Shown here: positions 11,666-23,600 of the stretch, piece after piece
Layout of the letters: each line of letters starts with the position of its first letter
Position numbering within the stretch: position 1 is the stretch's first letter
NCBI GenBank assembly: GCA_012295275.1
Contig: CM022670.1
Location: 28,396,001-28,460,000, forward strand
Direction of reading: 5' to 3'
Length of the DNA: 64,000 nucleotides
Source of the DNA: Chrysomallon squamiferum
Taxonomy: Eukaryota > Animalia > Mollusca
Made by a program: the position numbers and the translations under genes
The notes under the pieces: generated by a model
What the model saw: only the letters and a program-made list of their open reading frames with translations
Databases searched by the model: none
Told to the model about the DNA's origin: nothing

Positions 11666-14600
11666 TATCTATAACATTAAAGACATGCATACACATAAAT
11701 GATTTCCTGTGACAAATGGTCATAGAACAGAAACAAAGTTAGTTTTTGTTTCTTTTAAGAAAATAATAATAAAAATTAAACAAATAAAAATTAGAAAACT
11801 ATTAATGTAATTCTTTTGAAAAGAATATTAAAATTTCAGAATGTTAATTTATTCATCCATCTCATCCATTCTCACTCTGCATATATCTCTATGTATCTGT
11901 TTGTCTGTGTGTGTGTGTGTGTGTGTGCATGCATGCATTTGCACCTATTTGTCTTTTTCTCCCTTATACTTCTCTAAATTGTAACTGTTCCTCGTACAGG
12001 TAATTCAGTAATAATCATAAATACTTACTGTTTTTCTCGGCTGTGCCTCTATCTTCAGTGCTGTGCATCTGTTCAGTGTGTTGAGTCTCCTGTGGAAATA
12101 GAGAGGACACAATCTGGGTCATACATAAGTAAAGATGTAATGTAATAGCACAATTATTTAGTCAGTGTTACCAACTAGCACACACCTTTTGTCAACACAG
12201 AGAAATTCTTCAAATTCATCACTAGGTAAAAAAAAAAAAGAAAAAAAAAAAGATAAAAAGGATGAAAATGTGACAGAATGTTAACGAGATGGACAGACAG
12301 GTGTGTTAAATTATTCAATCACCTTTGTTATGGACATCCTCAGGTGAGCAGGAGACTTTGATTGTAACTGTTGTTTTCTGCAGGTGTTAGTTTCCTTGTT
12401 TTTAAAACTTTTTATTTCTTAAATGACTTGGTATTTGTTTTAAATGAAATCGTCAGTTTCGTTCTTTATCAAGTAGAGAGTGACTATTTTAAATTTTTTA
12501 AATTTATTTTATTATTATTATTTTGAAAAGGAAAACTTGTAACAAAAAAACTGACATGATTAAGGAAAAAATGTTGATGGAAATACAATAAAAGTCCAAT
12601 TCTAAACTACTTTAAGAGACAGTATAAGAAATAACATAAATCAGTTCATCTTTAATTAAATTAAAATAATCATATAGAATCATTAGAAATTTCAATACAT
12701 GTGTCACATGGGAAAACAAATAATACACACATAAATAAATAAAATGAAACTCAATACACACTCACAAAAACAAATATTTTTAAGTATATCCATGAAAATA
12801 ATGAATATTCACACATACTACAAAAAACATGCAGTCCCAGAAAACATTGAAGATCGTCATCCAACTACAACTAAACAAAACTTTTCATAACTTTTGTGTT
12901 TCCATGAATCATTCACTCCATCCTTTCCCACAACATACACTCATTTCTGACAGGAAAAAAACACAACCTATTTCAACCCCCTCAAGATATCTAAAGTTCA
13001 GTTACATACATTAAATAAAAAATAAACCACAAACCTGATATCCCAGTGTCAAGATATCTAGGAACTTGTAACAAGCACCACACCCACCAAAAAATGTAAA
13101 TAAATAATTTTAAAAAGTAAATAATAAAAAAAAAAATAATAATAAATTAATTAATTTAAAAAAACCTGATCATTTTGTCTACCTTACTACTAATTCAAAG
13201 CTGTATAGATGTCTAAAGTCCTGTTACATACACTAAAATATAATAAACCCAACTAATCATTTTTTAAAATTTTGTATCCCACCTCTCAGAATGACTACAG
13301 TCATGTAACAGACAAGAAAAACAGCCATTCAGACTACCCACCTGGATCAAGCCTCTGCAGGTATCTGAAGTCCTGCAGGTAACAGAAAAACAACCTTTCC
13401 TGTCATTAGTTGTTAATGACTGTGATCACACCTGTAATCTGTTTATCAAAGTACAGGTGTGAATTTTGTTTTTAATCTGCCTGTAAGTAACATTTAAATC
13501 CTACATCCAGGTATTGTTTTCTTTTAATCTATATTCACAATTGAAACTCAGATGCTTGTTTCTTTTCTTCTCTTATTTTTTTTCCAGGTATTAATTACGT
13601 AATATGTTCAAACTTAAAATGCAGGTGTTTTGATGAGGGTTTTTTTTTTTTTTTTTTTTAATGTCTGTAAGTAATATTAAAAACAGTGCTGACATACTAA
13701 TAGTTTGTTAAAACTATAGGAAAGCTAGAATGGGCATGGATGTCCTTTAAATAAATAAAATTAACATTCAAAATATAGATTATAAAATGTTTAAATTTAT
13801 ATTCCACTCTTCATTTAGCAATTGTTTTTAAACCTAATGCAAACCTAAAACAGGTTGCAGAAACATTTTTGTATATTCCACATTTAAAATTATGTCAACA
13901 TAAGATATAAAATCAAATATATAGATACAAATTTCCAATGCAAAGCAACACTAAAATGTACTGGTGTTAATTTAAAAATAGATAAATAAATAAATAAATA
14001 AATACAAATCTATGACCTGACGCTACATACTTTACATGTGTTATCATAAAACTTCTGTAGAACATGTTTTTAACAAGATAAAGAATAAAAGAAATGTTAT
14101 AAATAAGTGATTTTTTAACATGTTTTTAACAAGATAAAGAATAAAAGTAATGTTATAAACAAGTGGTTTCTGGAGGTGTTACTAAACTTAGTGTTTCTTA
14201 TCTTGCCAGATGTTAGCAGAACAGAAAAACAGTAGCAAACTTTCTGTGTGAAACCTGTACCTCCAGCAATCATGTTAACAGTCTGTAGTCAGAGACACTG
14301 TCTATGTAGTTAGCAAACTTTCTGTGTGAAACCTGTACCTCCAGCAATCATGTTAACAGTCTGTAGTCAGAGACACTGTCTATGTAGTTAGCAAACTTTC
14401 TGTGTGAAACCTGTACCTCCAGCAATCATTTTAACAGTCTGTAGTCAGAGACACTGTCTATGTAAAAACCTGTACCTCCAGCAATCATTTTAACAGTCTG
14501 TAGTCAGAGACACTGTCTATGTAGTTAGCAAACTTTCTGTGTAAACCTATAAAATCATTTTAACAGTCTGTATACAGACACTGTCTATGTAGTTATGTAT

Positions 14601-17600
14601 AAATACACCTCCAGCAATCATTTTAACAGTCTGTAGTCGAGACACTGCATGTACATGCAAACTTTCTGTGTGATACATACATACATACATAAATACATAC
14701 ATATAAACATAAATACATACATACAAAGATACATTCATCCACTGATCCATTGATCCATACATATATATATATACAAACACACGTGCATTCACACAAACAC
14801 ATATATATGTATATATATTAAAATGTCCACATGTATCAAAAAATATTAATCTGAAATAATAATTTAAAACATACCAAAATAAATATTAAATAATTAAAAC
14901 AGAAACACAGACAGAAAATAACAACACATACCACACACATTTATATAATTTCATTGCATGTAACTTACATGAAGCAGTGGACAGATTGGAACCATTACAG
15001 AAAGGTGAAGACATGTATATATGATTGACTGAATATATACAATACCTAAAGTGTGTGTAATATGAAACTTATAACAATACTGTGACGACTCCCAGGATAT
15101 CATGTGCCATGATAGAAGGGGGTGTGTTTCCATAGTTACCACACATCTTGTGACAATTGACAGAGGAGGTGGCAGGAAAACCAAAATGTCTGTCATTGTT
15201 CATGTGCTGATGATGAATCTGTTGAACTCATCTACTACAGGGAGTAACATAACAGTAGCAGATGATATGTAACAATTATTTGTGAAACAAGATCAATAAC
15301 TGACCATAAGGTTAAGAGTTGAGGACAAGATATGGTCATAATGTATACTTGTAAGCTGTGTCATGGTTGAGATAGATGTGGTCATAAGTTGAGATGAGGG
15401 TGTGGTTGTGGCAAATACAGTCCTAAGATGATCAGTCCATTCATTTGGTCAAATGACCAATCAGTGACCACCAGAGATTCTGCATTATCATGCCATGTGA
15501 CATAATGAATGAATCACTGAATGCTAATGTCTGTTAATTAGTAACAGCTACTGGATTTCAACACCAGAGAAGAAACCCACTGATGAAAAACAACTAGGTA
15601 TGTTTTAAATCATCCCACCAAAGAAAATTAAAAAAAACTCATCTTGGTATTTGATTAACCTTAATGTTGTTCCTGGTAACCATCTGCAGAAGGCTTAAAG
15701 TGACATAATATTTCATAGAAGCTTATTGAAAAGTAATTTTTACATTTTCAGAACTTAACACAACTCCTTTTATTTTTTATTATACATGTGTGGAAAATCT
15801 GAATATCAATATCATAGATTCATCTGTTAACTATTTCTTTCTGCTTCAATATTAAATAAACATCCTAGCATGAAATTAAAAAGTTAAAAATGAAACAAAA
15901 TATTTACCATTTATTATATACTATAGTAAAGGTACATTACTGAATTAATGACAAATAACAACTGAGTAATTAATGACAACCCAGTATAAAAACATTTCAG
16001 CAAGTGGGTATCAAACTTTATCCCTTATGTCCATAAAAAAATGTTTTTTACCAGGCTAACTATTTTTCTCTTTGATTTCAGACCAATGGGACATCCTATG
16101 AAGTGTTTTTCCAATTATGATAATATATTTTCACATAACTCAGTCTTACTATCAGTAATAATCTAGACATGAGATAACCTGCTATTAGTTTTATGAGGGT
16201 TGCTATCTAATCTGAATAACCCACGATGATTAGAGTATTAACTTAGATAGCCAGGACCCCGGTCACTCACATGGACACTTACTGGTCAAAACAATTACAT
16301 GTGAAATCATGAATGGGAGATTTGATGTGAAAAATTAAGGATTGAAAAAAAAAAACCATCAAAATCAGCAGTTTGAAGAATCAACACATGAAACTTTGGA
16401 ATAGACAAACAATATATAGGCAATCTCATTGGTAAAACAACAACAACAACAAGAAACACTCCCCCCAAAACAAAAATAATAATAATAAATAATAATGAAT
16501 ATGGAATAAGAGAAGTAGGCAATTCAGAAAAATAAACTGGAAAATGAACAAAAAGTAAACAAAAGTATCCCCAAAATAAATAAAATAATAATAATAATAA
16601 AAACCAAAATAAATAAAATAAATCAACAAGTAAATAATTCAAATTTAAAAAAAATAAAAATGTATAAATACATTTTTGACACCAAGATTATTTTTTAAAC
16701 AAAATTTATCACCGAAAGAGCCACTTTTATAAAAATTAATCTGAATTATTTTAACAAACACTTCACCAAGAAAAGAAAAAGGAAAAAATTAGAAAAGCCC
16801 CCTCCACTCATGTAAATTATTTCAACAAAAACAAACTCACTAATTACTCTCAATTTCTTTCACTTAATTGATTTTCCCTGCATTCTGCAAACACTGTAAT
16901 GAGTTCAAGTACTTCCATGATTGCTGCTGATTTGAGTTCAACTGCACAGTGCAAACCGTTCAAACTTTTTATTAGATTTGTATCCTTGCTAATGCCGTTA
17001 CTCATTTGAAGGGGTCGATGAAGTCCCTACTTTGAATCCCATTTTAATTATAAGGTTACTGTTATTTTAAGCATGCTTCTGTCAGTAAAATGTTCAAGCT
17101 TGTTTGCTGCGGGGCAGCCAGCATGTGACTTGTAATTTTCTGTTGCTTTAATAATAAGATATAACTACTGAGAACTGATTTGAATAGCATTGTTAGTAAC
17201 AAATATCACGGAGATGTTTTTCAAAATACAGTGGAATCATTTTCAGTGCAATAGGGTCCATGTAACTTAATGGTATTAAGCAGATTTGGATAATGTGAAA
17301 AAAGTAACAAAACAAAAAAAAAAAAAGAAAAAAAGGAGTCTAGAGTATTCAAACATGTTAAAAAGAAAGGTTTTAGTATTATAACAATATTAAACATTTT
17401 TAAACATTAAAAATAATGAAGAAATCAAGAGAATAAAAAAATAAAAAGATAATTATGTATCTTAAAAATAAATAAATTAACAAATAAACAAATGAATAAT
17501 ATATGTTAATAAATAAATAAACAATAAGTTAACAAATAAACAAAATAAATAAATAAGTTAATAGACAAACGCCAGTTAATTAATAAAAAGTCTATTAAAC

Positions 17601-20366
17601 TATTTCTCTACATGAAAGGAGTTGTCATATAAATTATAAAAACAGACATTAGTATTACATTTATTAAACAGAACATATATGGGAACATACACTTTCTATA
17701 TGCTTTCACTGAACCAGAAAATCTTGCACGAATGCACAAACAAATATCTATATATTACACTAATGTAATATCACGTATATTAAATCCCTAGTGTTCAATT
17801 TTGTCATTATGTGATGATGAGGTACGCACATACTGTTATTATTAATAACATTTCTGAATAGAAACAGCAAAGCATTAAACTAGAATCGAGGATGCAATAA
17901 AAGAGACGGATAATTGTCTGTGATAAAAGAATATATAAACCACAATGAGGACAAAAAGGTGGGAATAACATGACCTGCAACAGTTGTGTTTGCTTCAGTG
18001 AATCGGTAAGAAGTCTTATTTTGTTTCACTGGATGGTTGAGTGTGGTGACAGTGAAGTGACTAAATAATTGTGCTAAGGACCATTAACAGATGGCAGTTC
18101 ACACGAGGACAATGGAGGGAGAGTAATTTTCACATATTTGGCGAGTCAAGCTGTGATTACTGCAGAAACTGTATGACAGAACTCGCACAAAAGGGTGACA
18201 GGGTGACAATACAGGAATCACCCACCATCAGATTTGTTACATCAGGCACAAAGATGAAGTTTTGTATGTTGATAATACACTGCAGAAAAAAGTTTAATTT
18301 TCAACAAAATTAACAAACAACAACATTACAGAATGTAGTTAAACTAAGCTGAAGATAGGTCAGAAAGATAGAGATATTATAGTACAGGTTTCACAAATTG
18401 GACAGTTACAACACCAAGAAAATAGATTATTTTTCACAGTTAAAGTTCGGACTGAGTAATCACTTTTCACAACATTAAAGTTAAGGATGAATAATAATGA
18501 CAAAGTTTCTCTCTTCTCATATTGTTTAAAATGAGAAATATCTGTTTAATGACACTATAAAGTATAATTTTCTATCAGTCACACTTGTTAAATGTGACAT
18601 ATTGTCATTCCATTTTTTACTTGTATTATTATCAACTTTTTTTTATCACATATAAAAAGCAAAAAAAGAAACAATAAAAATTATCAGCTAAAATGTCAAA
18701 ACATGATGTACTGTGACAAATTTAGTTTTATTGTTACTATCTGATTCAAACTGCCATGTAAAACAGTAACACAGTCATTTTTTCCTTTTATGTACCTACT
18801 TCCCCAGGAAAATCTACTCATAATAGTAAATAATATCAGTGTTAACCTCGGTTTTGAAAAAGAAAGTAGCAGAATAAAAAACAATATCATGCTCAGCTTA
18901 CAGAAAGGCCAATCCCTTGTATGTAAGGAAATGGTGTCATATGTTTTCTTTAAAAATATTTTTGTCATTAAAAGCTATGGTAAATGATGTCCTGTTAACA
19001 TAATGTGATAAGGATTGGTGACAATTACTTTTTTTTTAAGGATGTTGATGTCATTTGTTTCCTGTTCCACCCCATGCTTCTTGACTAGAAAAATTCATAT
19101 TGCATATATTCGTTTTGTTTTCATTTTTGTTTTTCAATTTTTGAAAAATAGTTATTTACTCATTTTATAAAGGATTAATTACAGAACTGATGTTTCACTA
19201 AATAATCTTTTTTTATCACTTTCACATACTTTTTGTCAAAAGCCATCATCATATCCCCCACCACCACACTGACTACTACTGAAGTATTTTCAATACAACC
19301 AGTGGTATCATTATTAATTATTTATTTGATGTTTTTTTTCTAATGTAATACAGAATGAAAAAATAGGTCCATTTTTGTTTTTTTCCCCTAATTAAAGAAA
19401 ATTACATTTAAAAATTTGAAAAGATGACTTCCACCATGAGCTATTTAAAAACAGCAGCTCACACCCAGGCCTTAATTTAATACAGCACAGCCCATAACTG
19501 AGTAACAATAATTGTGTGTAATGGATGTTAGCTGATTTTGATGAATCATATCATAAAATGACTTTCTTGAAACAACATGCTGGTGAGGACTGCAAGGTCT
19601 CAGGATCAGTTCTGTGAGATTTACCTACACCATAACAAATTTTAGAGAGAGAAACTCAGTGAAGAAAGGCCCTCTATGTTAGAGAGAGAGAGATGGAGAC
19701 AGCCTGAGAAGGAAAGATAAAAGTAGTTGACGAGGGAGAAAAAGGGAAGGACAGATGTATGTCAAAAAAATTAAATACCCCATAAAAGGCAGTGGTATAT
19801 GTTGTCCTTCAAACAACAATTTGCTTGTAAAAGATAACTTGCACTTTATGGCATGAACAGGCCTCATAGGTTATTATCACTGATACACAATTAAATAAAC
19901 ATTTCAGTTATCTTCATTATTATGCATTTTTTTAACAAGAATAACATCATTATTATTGGGACATTCCAGGCAAATTAGTTACAGATAAAAATGTTACAGA
20001 TTTTTGAACAAACAACATAAAGTAAACTTCACTGTTACTTAAAATAAAATGTGTTGTATAAATTCACATCTTTGTTAACAGTAAAGTATAAAGATATGAG
20101 AAAAATGTGTATTTATCTTATGATTCTGTCTTATATTTACGGATGTAAAAATTTCCTTGATTATAGGAGCAGGAAACACATTTAAAATGAACACATACAT
20201 AACAATAGATGTGTAGAAGTCACAATGACACAGAATCAAATTAGTTTCACATGTGATTTTATTAAAAATCACATGTTAAATTTGGGTGTATTGTTGTTTA
20301 CATTTTGTTTTTAAAACACAGCTTGATTGTTCAGAAACCATGAGAACAACAGTAGTAGTAGTAGTA

Positions 20367-20444
<78 letters not shown>

Positions 20445-20599
20445 TGACTGTATATAAACATTTACTTTCTCTTGATGTTACAGTTTGTTTGTTTCAGGAG
20501 CTAGGACCACTTGGGATCGCACCCAGGCAATGGAATAGTAAGACTATTTATTTAGAAAAAAATACATTTATTATTATTTTTTTGTTTGTCACCATAGTC

Positions 20600-20659
<60 letters not shown>

Positions 20660-23600
20660 GTTTTGTAAAGTCTTAACAAAAATAAAATTGTTCAGCAGAT
20701 AAAAAGCATTTTCATTGTTTCTTAAACAAACAAAAACAAAAGTAATAATAATAAAGTAAAAGAAAACCACAAAAGCAATAATAAAGAATGTGTGTGTGTG
20801 TGAGTGAGTGAGTGAGTGAGTGAGTGAGTGAGTGAGTGAGAGAGTGAGAGTGAGAGAGAGACAGAGAGAGTGTGCAGTAGTGAGTGAGTGACAGATTATT
20901 ATTTTTTTTTTTAAATGTATATAAATATATGTCCAGGGTCATTTAATTTTTATTTTACACTTAATTAACACTAACATACTACATAAACTTTAACCTAACT
21001 AGCTAGCCTGTCAGTTTAAACCTGTCAGTGAAGTAGGTTATCTCAAGTATTGTACAGGGCTGGTCGTATTTCACACACTAATGATCTCTTCTCATTTCAA
21101 ACACTGCTTTATTACATGTTGTTATTTACCAGCACAGGATGGACAGCTTCAGTTAATTAAACAAAACCACAGTTTTAAAAGGGAAATTATAATAACAATG
21201 CTTCCTAGAAAAAAAAAGAAAAAAAAAGTCTGAAGCAAAGTGGTAACCACTGATTCATGGGAAACAGAACTTTGTGTGATCATCACCAGAAAATAAAAAC
21301 AAAAATAATGCTAACTTACACAAGTTTCTTTCTTTCACTCTGTTTCTTGATTTATATAGCTCATTACTTTCTATAACATTCCCTCCCTTTCTCTCTTCCT
21401 CAAATCTATCTTTTTCTCTTCCATCCTTCTACCTATCCATCTTTCATCCTTCTATCTATCCATCTTTCTTTCTTCTATCTATCCAACTATATCTTTCTCT
21501 CTTTTTTCAGTCTATTCCTCCCTTGCTCTCCCTTCCCTTACACTTTCTCCTTGTGTTTCTCTTTCCATCTTACATTTTTTTCTCAACAATATAATGGACA
21601 GACGAATCAGACACATTGATTATTATTATTACATCAGGACAATAACCACAAAATAAAGATAAATCTGTCTTCTAAGAGAATGTCACAACTATAACTACTA
21701 CAACCTCCACAATCATTAACATGCTAAAAACACACTTCCTCTGAAATTAATGCTGCAGTATATCAAGTTAAAATGCTTGGTTTATGGATTGTGTTAAACA
21801 AATAAGGAATGATATATGTGCCAAAGCCCAGACTGACAGTAATCATTTCAAAACAGTTTGGTTCAAATTGTGAAATATGGAAGTCTTGGGCATATTAATG
21901 ATTTCTGTTGTTCACTGAATGAATATTAATTATTAATGGAAATGCTGATTCTACATTAATCATTACTGTATCTTACCTAAAAAAAAAAAAAAAAAAAAAA
22001 GTATTATTTATTTAATACTACATTGTACGATCTTTAATGTAAGCCTGCCAAAAACCTATCTTATTAATATACATAGATGCATTCATGTATCCATTACACA
22101 GAAAGATTAACACAGAAATATAAAGAGACACACAGATACATCAGAAAGATGCATGCACTAAACACATCTGAATACATACCTATCTGAGATCTTTGTTAGT
22201 GATGTACACAAAAAAGTTACAATACTGATACAAATCTTACCTGAAAAGAGACTGGATTGAATCTCTGTCCAAAAAGTCATGGTCTTTCTCCACTACAGAA
22301 ATATCAATTGGAAACTGACCATCTGAAATACAAACAAGCTCAGTCATTGACCAATAATATGTTTTTATACGCCACTGAACAGAATTCTGAAAGAAAATGT
22401 TATCTCTCCTCTCCCCCAACTTTAGTTCTTTCTCTCTCTCCACACCTATCTGTCTCTGTCTGTCTGTCTGTCTCAAAACAGCTTTTTATTTACATTATCT
22501 ATCTCTGGAATCTACCCTGTTCTATAAAAGAGGATGTATTATAAATAAATAAATATATAAATAAACAATATATATCATATACCTTCGTCAATAATTTGGT
22601 AGGAATAACTGTCTTGCTGGTTTTTTCCTGAACACTTTACACAACACTCAAACATCTCTGTCAGTTCAACCATGCAAAATGGATAGCCACTGCCATTTAT
22701 ATTTGTTAGAATGAGAACTTGTAACAAAGTGATACACTGTTGTGTTACACATACATTGTAGAACAGTTTGCTGATGTCATACTATGTATCACAGAGTAGT
22801 TATTAGTATATCAATGTTTTATTTAATTCACAAACAGAACAATTTAGTAAAGTCACTTTACTTACAAATAAAAACATCTGCCAATTTCCGGTGGCTGTTG
22901 AACATATCTACAGCCATTTGTTAACAGAAAATGCTCATAGAAACAATGATTTTTTTATTGTATCATTCAAAATAAACAGCACCATTTGCTGGAATCAGAT
23001 CTTTCAAAGATGAAATATTTTACTAATGCCACCCAGTCTGAATCAAGCAGAACAGACAGCAATGACAGCACTCAGCTTAGGCAGAACTGTATCAGAAGCA
23101 GAACTTACTGTTTGTCACAGGCTTTTCACTTAATTTATCACAATCATCAATTACTGTCACGCTATTCTGAAGATGTGCATTTCAACAGTGACACATAATT
23201 CAAATCAAGTAGAAGTGTACCCAAATACCAGATATTTCAAAACAAGAAGAGCCACCATTTAATGCCAAACAGTTCATTAAGAAGAATTAATGCCAAATCA
23301 TGTAGAACACAGACTGACACACTGTTCCTTATATAAACAACCTATCAATGTCACATTCAAATCTGGAAGAACCAATTACATGTACAAGTAATACAATAAT
23401 TATACAGGTAAATATAAAAGTGATGTGTGAAATATTAACATGTATCTCATACACTACCCTGTACAGACATCTTCATGTATACAGTTGTGGCTTATTAATC
23501 AATGTTTGTAATATATATATGCATATGTGAAGTCAAAATTTGTTTGTATGAGAGAAACAGATGGTTCATGGTTTGATAATGAACTGAAGCCTAATCGATA

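Noticed and set aside
16841-17005. ATG-led frame before a gtgagt donor (possible SAM-less first exon)
   Set aside because: All three frames hit stops just before the donor. At most a non-coding exon.
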